64,000 bases of DNA. Source: Actinomycetota bacterium (GTDB lineage Bacteria; Actinomycetota; UBA4738; HRBIN12). Positions 9,257-18,211 of the stretch are shown in pieces. The number at the start of each line of letters is the position of its first letter. The first letter of the stretch is position 1. The notes under the pieces were generated by a model. It worked only from the letters and a program-made list of their open reading frames with translations. It searched no databases and was not told where the DNA came from. A program made the translations under genes and the position numbers. The DNA lies in contig JBQTIP010000020.1 in assembly GCA_052388025.1 (NCBI GenBank), forward strand, positions 14,332-78,331. The letters run 5' to 3'.

Positions 9257-10066
9257 TCAGCCAGAGAGCTCCTCCAGGAAGGTCAGAAGCGCAGCATTGA
9301 AGGCATCCGGCTCCTCGAGGAACGGGCAGTGGCTGGAGCGGTCGAAGATCTGGAGCCTGGAGTCCGGCAGGACCCCGGCCATCCACTTTCCGGCCTCGGG
9401 GCTCGTCGCCTTGTCGTCGCCCCCGAACAGGACGAGCGTCGGGATCTTGATCTCGGGGAGAAACGGGCGATAGTCCTGGAAGGTCTGGTTCACCAGGATC
9501 GAAGTGCCGATGACCGGTGGGACCTTCGTGATCTCCGCGACGAGCAGCGCCGTCATCTCGGGCGAGGGCTCGTGCAGCATGAGGCCGGCAAACCCCTCGG
9601 CCAGGGAGGGCAGATCCATCTGGATGTGCTCGACCGTCTCGCCCAACGCCTCCAGGGTGAACAGCCCGAACGGGTATCCGTCGCTCCACGCGAAGTCCGA
9701 CGGCGGCTGGTCCACGATCACGAGCCCGGCGACGTCGTCCTGGCCGAACTCCTTGAGGTATTCGTAGGCGACCATCGCCCCCATCGACCAGCCGACCAGG
9801 ACGGGCCGCTCCACGCCGATCGCCTCGAACAGCGCCCGCAGATCCCTAGCGTAGTTCGAGACCGTGTGCCCGGTCTGGGCCCTCTCGGAATCACCGTGCC
9901 CCCGGAGGTCCGGCACGACGACGCGGAATCCGCGGGAGAAGAACTCCAGCTGCCGGTCGAAGAACCGCCCGCTGCACATCACGCCGTGGATGAAGACGAT
10001 CGGCCTTCCCTCGCCGCGGTCCCGAACGTTCAGCGTGACGCCGTTAACGGTCACTCGGTCACCCAT
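9257..10066 (-). CDS. Alpha/beta-fold hydrolase
   Basis: HGxxxxxxxF oxyanion region (FIHGVMCSGRFF), nucleophile elbow GWSMGA, C-terminal SSHCP histidine; ATG at 10066 (270 aa). Confidence 0.8.
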   Translation of the reverse strand: MGDRVTVNGVTLNVRDRGEGRPIVFIHGVMCSGRFFDRQLEFFSRGFRVVVPDLRGHGDSERAQTGHTVSNYARDLRALFEAIGVERPVLVGWSMGAMVAYEYLKEFGQDDVAGLVIVDQPPSDFAWSDGYPFGLFTLEALGETVEHIQMDLPSLAEGFAGLMLHEPSPEMTALLVAEITKVPPVIGTSILVNQTFQDYRPFLPEIKIPTLVLFGGDDKATSPEAGKWMAGVLPDSRLQIFDRSSHCPFLEEPDAFNAALLTFLEELSG

Positions 10067-10083
10067 GGCCGCGCTTTCTCCCC

Positions 10084-10962
10084 TCAAGCCGCCCACCCCC
10101 CCTCGGGCCGCTCGAACCACACGTGGACCTGGCCGGTGCCGACCGAGGCCTCGTAGTCGGAGAACTGTTCCCCCGGCGCGGAGCACGCCGCCCCCCCGAG
10201 CGCGCCGATCATGATGAGATAGTGCCCGAACTTGCCCTCCGGGCCGAACTTCTTGTACTCCGGCATCCAGTCGATCAGTCCTGCGTGGTCGCCCGCCCGC
10301 AGGAGCTCGAGCACGTGCTCGTCGGCGGCGCGAGCCTCCGGCGAGTGGATGTTCTCGAGGCTCGAGGACTCGTTGCCGCGCAGCTCACGGAACGACAGGA
10401 ACTTGTGCGTTAGCCCGCCGGAGGCGAGCAGCACGACGCGGCGGTCGATCTCCGCGATCGCGTTCCTGATGAGCTCCCCCAGGAGCAGGAAGTCCTCCGT
10501 CTGCCCGCACTGGTTGATGCCGACCGAGACCCACCGCTCGCCGCCGTTCAGGTAGGTCCAGATGTTGACGGTGCCGTAGAAGATCGGCAGGTACGGATCG
10601 TCGGAGGCGAGCACCCACGTGTCGTCACGGCCGGCCGCCTGCTTCTCCAGGGCGAAGGCGAGCTCGGGGTCCCCGGGCATGTCGTAGGGGATCTGCCGCA
10701 TCCCACGCGGCAGCTCGTGCGAGGTGAACTTCCCGCTGCGGCGCTCGTGCGCCGTGATGATGTGCTCGAACGTGACCTCCCAGTGCGTGTCGAAGACCAC
10801 GATGGTGTCGGGCCGCAGCCGGTCGAGTACCTCCGACCTGAGGCGCCGCAGCCCGGGCACCAGGCTGATCTCCTTGCCCTCGTTGATCTCGAGCCTGATC
10901 GGCTCGGGCAGCATGATGGTCGGCACGTGGGAAACGAGGCCGGCCCCGGCGATCTCACCCAT
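10084..10962 (-). CDS. Class III extradiol ring-cleavage dioxygenase, LigB/HpaD family catalytic subunit
   Basis: 292 aa; LigB-family layout with conserved His residues (HVPTIM, FDTHWE, GGLTHKF); sits between an aldehyde dehydrogenase and a hydrolase, a meta-cleavage arrangement. Confidence 0.7.
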   Translation of the reverse strand: MGEIAGAGLVSHVPTIMLPEPIRLEINEGKEISLVPGLRRLRSEVLDRLRPDTIVVFDTHWEVTFEHIITAHERRSGKFTSHELPRGMRQIPYDMPGDPELAFALEKQAAGRDDTWVLASDDPYLPIFYGTVNIWTYLNGGERWVSVGINQCGQTEDFLLLGELIRNAIAEIDRRVVLLASGGLTHKFLSFRELRGNESSSLENIHSPEARAADEHVLELLRAGDHAGLIDWMPEYKKFGPEGKFGHYLIMIGALGGAACSAPGEQFSDYEASVGTGQVHVWFERPEGGWAA

Positions 10963-10977
10963 TGGCAGCTCCTTTGC

Positions 10978-12435
10978 TCACGTCGTCCACGGTGCGCTGC
11001 AGACGTTCTTGACGTCCGCGTAGAAGTCGAAGCTCCGCCTTCCACCTTCGCGGCCGATCCCCGAGTCCCGGGCGCCGCCGAACGGCGCTCGAAGGTCCCT
11101 GACGAAGAAAGAGTTCACCCAGACCGTCCCCGCTACGACGCGAGCCGAGACGCGCTCGGCCCGCTCCGGGTCGCCCGTGTAGACGATGGCGGCGAGCCCG
11201 TAGTCGGTCTGATTCGCCATCTCGACGCCCTCGGCCTCGTCGACGAAGCGCTGCAGCGTGAGAACCGGACCGAAGACCTCCTGGGTGAGGATCTCCGAGC
11301 CGGGCGCAGCGTCCACGAACAGCGTCGGCCGATAGTAGAGCCCGCCGAGCTCCTCGTTCGGGCCGCCGCCGAGGACGGCCTTCGCCCCGTCCTCCTTGGC
11401 GCGCTGCACGAACCCGTTGACCCGCTCGAAGTGCTCGGGTGTGATCTGCGGCCCGATGTCGGTCGAGTCGAGGCGGGGGTCGCCCTGGCGGATCGCGGAG
11501 GCCTTCTCAAGGAACCGGTCCAGGAACGTGTCGTACACGTCCTGTTGCACCAGCAGCCGCGTGCCCGCGAGACACACCTGGCCGGCGTTGTCGTACTGGT
11601 TCACGGCCTGGTCTACCGCGGCGTCGAGGTCGGCGTCGGCGAAGATCAGGAACGGCGACTTGCCGCCGAGCTCGAGCGACACGGGGGTGAGGTTCTTCGC
11701 AGCGGCGGCGCCGACTAGGCGGCCGGTGACCACGGAGCCGGTGAAGGCGATCCGATCCACGCCGGTGTGGGCCACGAGCGCCGCACCTGCCTCCTCACCG
11801 ATCCCCTGCACAACGTTGAGGACGCCGTCGGGGAGCCCGGCCGCGTGCGCGATGTCGGCGAGCATGGATGCGGTGAGCGGCGCCCACTCCGGAGGCTTCA
11901 GCACGACGGTGTCGCCGGCCGCGAGCGCGGGGGCGAGCCTCCAGGTCGCGAGCATCAGCGGCGCGTTCCACGGGGTGATGACCACGGCCACGCCGGCCGG
12001 CTCCCACCGGACGCGGTTCACGTGCTCTCGGATCTCGAAGTCATCCTCGTGCAGCGCCGCCAGCTGATCGGCGAAGAAGTGGAAGTTGTGCGCGACCCGG
12101 GGCATGACGCTGTTTCGCATCGAGCGAAGCAGGGAGCCGTTGTCGGTCGTCTCCACCACGGCCAGCTCGTTCACCCGCTGCTCGATGCCCTCCCCGATCG
12201 CGTGGAGGATGCGGGCTCGCTGGTCCGGCGCCGTGGCCGCCCAGCCGGGGAACGCGGCTCTGGCGGCAGCCACCGACGCTTCGGCCTCGCGCCCGCCGCC
12301 TCGCGCAACCATCGCGAGCAGCTCGCGGTCGATCGGTGAGTGGTCGAGGAACATGTCCGAGGAGGGGACGCGCGAGCCCCCGATCCAGTGATCGGCCGAG
12401 ACCCTGATGCCCTCGATCGTCGAGACGTTCGCCAT
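10978..12435 (-). CDS. NAD(P)-dependent aldehyde dehydrogenase (HpaE / 2-hydroxymuconic-semialdehyde dehydrogenase-like)
   Basis: ALDH signatures LELGGKSP (glutamate site) and catalytic Cys in QVCLAGTR; GxTxxG region FTGSVVTG; 485 aa. Confidence 0.9.
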   Translation of the reverse strand: MANVSTIEGIRVSADHWIGGSRVPSSDMFLDHSPIDRELLAMVARGGGREAEASVAAARAAFPGWAATAPDQRARILHAIGEGIEQRVNELAVVETTDNGSLLRSMRNSVMPRVAHNFHFFADQLAALHEDDFEIREHVNRVRWEPAGVAVVITPWNAPLMLATWRLAPALAAGDTVVLKPPEWAPLTASMLADIAHAAGLPDGVLNVVQGIGEEAGAALVAHTGVDRIAFTGSVVTGRLVGAAAAKNLTPVSLELGGKSPFLIFADADLDAAVDQAVNQYDNAGQVCLAGTRLLVQQDVYDTFLDRFLEKASAIRQGDPRLDSTDIGPQITPEHFERVNGFVQRAKEDGAKAVLGGGPNEELGGLYYRPTLFVDAAPGSEILTQEVFGPVLTLQRFVDEAEGVEMANQTDYGLAAIVYTGDPERAERVSARVVAGTVWVNSFFVRDLRAPFGGARDSGIGREGGRRSFDFYADVKNVCSAPWTT

Positions 12436-12484
12436 CGGCCTGCCAGCCCCAGCCGAATCCTACGCCGGGCCGCGCCTCGAGCGC

Positions 12485-13408
12485 CTAGCCGACCGGCGTG
12501 AGCCAGTCGAGGTACTTCTCGATCTCGCCCTTCGTGGCCCCGAAGAACGCCCCCTGGATCTCCTTGGTGATCGGGCCGCGCGTGCCCTCGCCCACCGTCC
12601 GGTCGTCGACCTCGCGGATCGGTGTGACCTCGGCCGCCGTCCCGGTGAAGAAGCACTCATCGGCGTTATAGAGGTCGGTACGCACGAGGTCGGCCTCGCG
12701 GACCTCGTACCCCAGGTCTCGCCCGATCGTGATCACCGACCCGCGGGTGATGCCGTCCAGGCAGCCCGCGGAGATCGGCGGGGTGAACAGGACGCCGTCG
12801 CGGACGATGAAGATGTTCTCGCCCGAGCCGTCGGTCACGTGGCCCGCCTGGTTCAGCATGATGGCTTCGTCGTAGCCGGCGTGGATGCTCTCGATCTTCG
12901 CCAGCACCCCGTTGATGTACTGACCCGTGGCCTTGGCCGAGGATGGAAGCGAGTTCTGGTCGTTGCGCTTCCAGGACGAGATCTTCACCCGGACGCCGGC
13001 CTCCAGGGCCCCCTCCCCCAGGTAGGCGCCCCAGGGCCAGACCGCGATCGTCACGTCGACCGGCGCCTGAAGGGGGTTCACCCCCATCTCGCCGTATCCC
13101 CGCAGGACGAGCGGTCGGATGTAGCAGGCCGAGAGACCGTTCGCCTTGATGGTCTCCTTGATCGACTCCCCGAGCGCCTCGAGAGAGTAGGGGATCTCCA
13201 TGTGGTAGAGCTTGGCGGAGCGCAGCAGTCGCTTGAGGTGCCCCTCGAGGTGCCACACGGCCGGACCGTTCTTCGTCTCGTAGCAGCGGATGCCCTCGAA
13301 CACGCCGCTGCCGTAGTGGACCGAGTGAGACAGCACATGGATCCTGGCGTCGTCCCAGGGGACGAGCTTCCCGTTCATCCAGATCTTCTCGACGGGCGTG
13401 ATGGGCAC
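12485..13408 (-). CDS. ilvE: Branched-chain amino-acid aminotransferase (class IV PLP)
   Basis: N-terminus IWMNGKLVPWDDARIHVLSHSVHYGSGVFEGIRCY and EVTPIREVDDRTVGEG are typical IlvE; about 307 aa from GTG 13408. The 608-aa track ORF is an upstream over-extension. Confidence 0.85.
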   Translation of the reverse strand: MPITPVEKIWMNGKLVPWDDARIHVLSHSVHYGSGVFEGIRCYETKNGPAVWHLEGHLKRLLRSAKLYHMEIPYSLEALGESIKETIKANGLSACYIRPLVLRGYGEMGVNPLQAPVDVTIAVWPWGAYLGEGALEAGVRVKISSWKRNDQNSLPSSAKATGQYINGVLAKIESIHAGYDEAIMLNQAGHVTDGSGENIFIVRDGVLFTPPISAGCLDGITRGSVITIGRDLGYEVREADLVRTDLYNADECFFTGTAAEVTPIREVDDRTVGEGTRGPITKEIQGAFFGATKGEIEKYLDWLTPVG

Positions 13409-13537
13409 CGGGGCCTCCCTTCGCGGCCCGAGGTGCGGGCCTGCTTCGGCGGTTTCGGGTACGACGCGAACAGGATACCGGCTGCGTGGGGCTCGCCGGG
13501 GCCTCCGGCTGGACTTGCGAGGAGCCCTCCCAATAGA

Positions 13538-14969
13538 GTGCGCCTCGTGACCCCCGCCGGGCGCTCGCGCTCCACGGCGCCGTCGAAGCGCGTGATCATC
13601 ATCGGAGCCGGCATCGCGGGGCTGGTCGCGGGCTTCGAGCTGCTCCGCCGGGGACACGAGCCGCTCGTCCTGGAGGCGCAGAACCGGGTGGGCGGCCGCA
13701 TCTACACGCTTCGGGACTTCGCGCCCGGGCTGTACGCGGAGGCCGGGGCAATGCGCATCCCGCGCGCGCACGAGCTCACGCTCGAGTACTGCCGGTTGTT
13801 CGGTCTGGAGCTGCGACCGTTCGTGATGGGCAATCCCAAGGGATTGGTCTACGTCGGCGGCGTCCGCATGAGCGCGGAGGAGGCGGATGCGCGCCCGGAG
13901 CGGCTGCCCTTCGCCCTCGCCGAGCACGAGGCCGGCCGCAACGCCGACCACCTGTGGCAGGAGGCCATCGCCGACATCCGCGAGCTGCTGGAGCGGGACG
14001 GCGACGCGGCCTGGGACGAGATCGTCCGGCGCTACGACCAGTACTCGCTGTACGAGTTCCTGAAGGTCAAGGGGTTCTCCGAGGGCGCCATCGAGTACTA
14101 CGCGGTCATGAACTTCGTCGAGGCCGACATGAACAACGCCGTCGTGGAGGTGCTGCGGGAGGACCTGGGAGGCGCATTCGAGGACATGCAGGAGATCGTC
14201 GGCGGCATGGACCGGCTGCCGAACGCCTTCTTCGAGCGCCTCCAGGGCAACGTCCGGCTGGGCGCCCAGGTCCACGCGATCGACCAGGACGAGCGCTCCG
14301 TCACGGTGCACGTGAAGACGGAGGCCTCGCGCTACTCCGTGACCGGGGAATACGCGATCTGCACGCTTCCCTTCCCCGTGCTCCGCTCCGTCGAGACGAT
14401 CGCGCCGTTCTCACGCGAGAAGCAGCGGGCCATCCGGCAGCTCAACTACCCACGCCTCGACGAAGGTTCTGTTCCAGGTCCGCCACCGGAGGTGGGAGAC
14501 CGAGGACGGGATCTTCGGCGGCGCGTCCGTCACCGACCTGCCGATCCGGCGGATGAACTACCCGACGCCCGACCTCACCAACGAGCGCGGGGTGCTTCTC
14601 GCTTCCTACACCTGGGGACAGGATGCGCTCCAGTGGGGTGCGATGGACGACGAGACGCGCCTCGAGGAGGCGCTCGACGACGTGTCGCGGATCCACCCGT
14701 GGATCCGCGAGGAGTACGAGGTGGGGGCATCGCACGCGTGGTACGGGGACCGCTGGGCTCGGGGAGCCTTCGCGCTCTTCGCCCCGGAGCAGCAGACGGC
14801 ACTCCAGGAAGCGATCGTGAAGCCCGAGGGCCGGATCCACTTCGCGGGCGAGCACTGCTCCCTGTACCACGCCTGGATCCATGGGGCGTTGGAATCGGGG
14901 ATCAGGGCGGCTCGAGAGATCCATGAGACCCCACCGGCCCCGGCCCCGATCCGGGCGGAACGACTCTAG
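13538..14969 (+). pseudogene. Flavin-containing amine oxidase (monoamine/putrescine oxidase or L-amino-acid oxidase family), interrupted by a frameshift
   Basis: FAD dinucleotide motif RVIIIGAGIAGLVAGFELLRRGHEPLVLEAQNRVGGRIYT. The frame is lost after ...AIRQLNY at about 14448-14458 (C-rich run); the protein continues in the +1 frame (STKVLFQVRHRRWETEDGIFGGASVTDLPIRRMNYPTP...HFAGEHCSLYHAWIHGALESG), ending with TAG at 14967-14969. Confidence 0.75.
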
Positions 14970-15754
14970 GGCAGGTCGTACGCCCGCCAGAGTATCGGGT
15001 ACTCCCGATCGATCAGCTCGTCCAGTCCCCCGAACCGCTCAACGGCCCAGGGTCGGAGCGACGCGACCGCCAGGCGCCGGGCCTCCTCGTCGACCCGCCA
15101 CGTCCAGGAGTGGAGGCCCTGAACGATCTGATCGAGGAAGGCGCCGACGGTGAGGTCGCCTTTCGCGAAGACCACGGGGAGCTCCCGGAGGCGGGCGCCG
15201 TGAGCCAACATCGCCCGCCCGAGAGCCTCCAGGTTCCTCCAGTGCAGACCGACCGGGGCCGCGAGCTCGCCGAGCTCCTCCTCCAGCCGGGAGAGGATGT
15301 CGGCGAACGGCTCCGTCATCAGCCCCTGGTTGATCAGAACCACGCCGCCGGGGCGAGCGACGCGGACGAGTTCTGCCACGGCCCGCTCCCAGTCCGGGAT
15401 CAGTTGGAGCACATGCCGGACCACCGCCCCCCCGAAGGCGCCGTCGTGGAACGGCAGAGCTGTGGCGTCTCCCAGGACCAGCGGGAAGGGGCGATGCCCG
15501 GCCTTCTCGACCAGTTTGGCCATCATCGCTATGGAGAGGTCCACACCGACCATGGCCACGCCGGCCTCGTACAGCGGCAGCGCGATCTGCCCGGTGCCGA
15601 CGCCGACGTCGACGGACGGGCCCCGTCCCTCCAGCTCGGCCAGGAGCAGGCCGATCACGCGGCGGTGGGCCTCCGGAGACGTCGGCCGCGTCCGGTCGTA
15701 GTACTCGGCGGCTCGGTCGAAGCTGAGCGAACCCGAACTCGACCCGCCGGTCAC
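14966..15754 (-). CDS. Class I SAM-dependent methyltransferase
   Basis: Motif I VDVGVGTGQIALPL, motif II VVLINQG; 262 aa; its stop codon overlaps the amine oxidase stop within the palindrome CTAG (14966-14969). Confidence 0.75.
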   Translation of the reverse strand: MTGGSSSGSLSFDRAAEYYDRTRPTSPEAHRRVIGLLLAELEGRGPSVDVGVGTGQIALPLYEAGVAMVGVDLSIAMMAKLVEKAGHRPFPLVLGDATALPFHDGAFGGAVVRHVLQLIPDWERAVAELVRVARPGGVVLINQGLMTEPFADILSRLEEELGELAAPVGLHWRNLEALGRAMLAHGARLRELPVVFAKGDLTVGAFLDQIVQGLHSWTWRVDEEARRLAVASLRPWAVERFGGLDELIDREYPILWRAYDLP

Positions 15755-15764
15755 GCGAGAAACC

Positions 15765-16913
15765 TCACGACCTCGGAATGTTCTTGCTCGGGTCCACGAA
15801 CGGGAGTGCCGCTACGGTGATGAGCACCGGTCCCGCGGGCGAGGCGGCCTCCAGCCGTGTCCCGGCCTCCGCGAGGCCGATCGGCACCCAGGCATAGCCG
15901 ATATTCCGGTCCAGGCGCGGTGACCACGTCCCCGCCGTGAGACACCCGATCTCCTCACCGTTGTCCTGCACGGGCCAGAAGTCAGAGAGCGCGCCCTCAG
16001 CCGTCATCGGCTCGCCGCCGATGTCCACACCGACGAGCTTGCGCTGCACGCCTTTCGCAGCAATGCGCGTCAGGGCCTCCTTGCCGATGTAGTCGGCTTC
16101 CTGGGGCTCGACGAGACGCTCGAATCCGGTCACCTCGAAGGGGGTGTTCTCCATCGTGATGTCCGAGCCGTAGTTGAAGATCCCGGCCTCGATGCGCCGA
16201 GCCTCCGAGGGCGCGATCGCGCGGATCCCGAACGGCTTGCCGGCCTCCATGACCCGCTCCCAGAGATCGTCACCTCGGCTGCCGTCACGGAGGTAGAGCT
16301 CGTAGCCGACCTCGCCTGTCCAGCCGGTCCGGCTCACGATCAGCGGGATGTCGTAAGGGGGCTCGTCACACCAGTAGTAGCGCAGGCCGGCGATCCCCTC
16401 CCCGAACAGGGCCACCATCACATCGGTCGATCGCGGCCCCTGGACCTGCAATGGCGACACGTCGGGCTGGTCGATGTCGATGTCCATGCCCGCGCAAGCC
16501 GCGACGCCTTTCGCGTAGAGCGCCGCGTCGCTATCGGCGAGCGCCAGCCAGAAGTGGCTCTCGCCGAGCCGAAGGAGTACCGGGTCGTTCACGATGCCGC
16601 CGCGCCTGGCGATGAGCGGTGCGTACTTGCACTGCCCCACCCGGCAGGTCGTGAGATCCCGGCACGTCAGCATGTTCGTGAAGTCGAACGCGTCAGGGCC
16701 GGTGATCTCCACGATCCGCTCCACGGCGACATCCCAGACCGTGACGTCGTTGAGCAGCGCCCAGTACTCGGTAACGGGGTCGTCGTAGAGCGTCGGGAGC
16801 AGCATGTGGTTGTAGAGGCCCCAGCTCTTGCACCCGTACCGCTTCGTCGCGTCGAAGAAGGGCGACTTCCGGTACCAGGGGGCGATGTAGAACGTGAACG
16901 TCTCCTGCGTCAC
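15765..16913 (-). CDS. Aminomethyltransferase (GcvT/DmdA family, folate-dependent) protein
   Basis: 382 aa; GcvT-fold composition with glycine-cleavage T-protein C-terminal barrel; co-transcribed with the methyltransferase (10-nt gap). Confidence 0.65.
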   Translation of the reverse strand: MTQETFTFYIAPWYRKSPFFDATKRYGCKSWGLYNHMLLPTLYDDPVTEYWALLNDVTVWDVAVERIVEITGPDAFDFTNMLTCRDLTTCRVGQCKYAPLIARRGGIVNDPVLLRLGESHFWLALADSDAALYAKGVAACAGMDIDIDQPDVSPLQVQGPRSTDVMVALFGEGIAGLRYYWCDEPPYDIPLIVSRTGWTGEVGYELYLRDGSRGDDLWERVMEAGKPFGIRAIAPSEARRIEAGIFNYGSDITMENTPFEVTGFERLVEPQEADYIGKEALTRIAAKGVQRKLVGVDIGGEPMTAEGALSDFWPVQDNGEEIGCLTAGTWSPRLDRNIGYAWVPIGLAEAGTRLEAASPAGPVLITVAALPFVDPSKNIPRS

Positions 16914-16947
16914 GGCCGCGGTCCTCCTTGGCGGTTGGGAGCGAACG

Positions 16948-18204
16948 CTACCCGACGGAGGTGGTTCGCTGCTCGCGCACGAGCCTCCGGACGGCCGGGA
17001 TGAGCACGGCCGAGGCCACCAGGCAGCTCAGCCCTCCGATCGCGTATGCACCTCGCGCCCCGATGGCCTCCACCAGCAGCCCGCCGAACGTGAACGACGC
17101 CGCGAACGCGATCAGGACCGCGGCGTCCGAGGCGCCCATCACTCTCGCCCGTACTGCGTCCGGCGCCCGTCGCTGGACGATGCCCGTTTCGGCGACGTGC
17201 GTAAAGCCCTCCCCGATGCCGGCCGCCAGCGTGAGGACGAGCGCCGCCGCGAACCACGGAGCGATGCTGGTGAGCCCGATTCCGAGCCCGATCACGACGG
17301 TACCGAACAGCAGGCTCCATGGCTCCCGGGCCGCGTTCAGATAGCGGGCGCCCAGGAGGGAGCCCAGCGCCGCGCCGCCCCCCCACAGCGCGGTCAGCGC
17401 GCCGTACCCGGTGGAGCCGGTGCCGAAGAGGTCGGCGAGCGCGACCTCGGCGACGAGCGTGAAGCCCGCACCGAGCAGCAGCACCACCCACGCCAGGGTG
17501 ATGATCCGAAGCACCGGCTCGCGAGCGAGGAACACCACGCCCGCCCGGAGGCCTCGGTACTCGTCGCCGCCCTCCACCCTCGCCTGTGAGAAGGGTGCCC
17601 GGATGCTCCGCACGATCAGGGCGGACACCACGAACGAGACGGCGTTCAGCCCGTACACCCAGTAGCCGGCGACGCGCAGCTCTGCTGCCGTGTTGTCGCC
17701 CGCCAGGATCCCGACGAGCCCGCCCCCGAGGAGCGGGCCCACGAAGAAGCCCAGGTTCACCCCGATCGAGACCATCCCGTTCGCCCATGAGAGGTCCTCC
17801 TCCCCAATGAGGTTCGGGATGGCTGCCCGCGAGACCGGGAAGAACGGGGTCTCCACGACCGCGGTCGCGAATGCGACCACGAGCATCTGCGTCGGGGTTC
17901 GGGCGAACGCGAGGACGAGGAACCCGACGGCTCCGAGGAGGTCGGAGCCGATCAAGACCCTCCGTCGGTCCAACCGGTCCCCGAGCGCCCCGGCGAGCGG
18001 CGTGAACAGACCCGAGGCCCCGAACGTCACCAGCAGCGCGGCAGAGACCCACGTCGCCGACTCGCCGGTCCGCCGGAAGATGATGTAGGCGAGCGCCGTG
18101 AAGGCGGCTCCGCTGCCGGTGAGCGAGATGGACCGCGCGAGCGCCAGGCGGCGCACGGCGATCCGCGGCTGCGTGCGCGCCCTCGGGGTTCGTTCGGTCT
18201 TCAT
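16948..18204 (-). CDS. MFS transporter
   Basis: 418 aa, 12 predicted TM segments, MFS motif A region GALGDRLDRRRVLIGSDLL; tandem paralog of the next gene. Confidence 0.8.
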   Translation of the reverse strand: MKTERTPRARTQPRIAVRRLALARSISLTGSGAAFTALAYIIFRRTGESATWVSAALLVTFGASGLFTPLAGALGDRLDRRRVLIGSDLLGAVGFLVLAFARTPTQMLVVAFATAVVETPFFPVSRAAIPNLIGEEDLSWANGMVSIGVNLGFFVGPLLGGGLVGILAGDNTAAELRVAGYWVYGLNAVSFVVSALIVRSIRAPFSQARVEGGDEYRGLRAGVVFLAREPVLRIITLAWVVLLLGAGFTLVAEVALADLFGTGSTGYGALTALWGGGAALGSLLGARYLNAAREPWSLLFGTVVIGLGIGLTSIAPWFAAALVLTLAAGIGEGFTHVAETGIVQRRAPDAVRARVMGASDAAVLIAFAASFTFGGLLVEAIGARGAYAIGGLSCLVASAVLIPAVRRLVREQRTTSVG

Positions 18205-18211
18205 GCCACCC

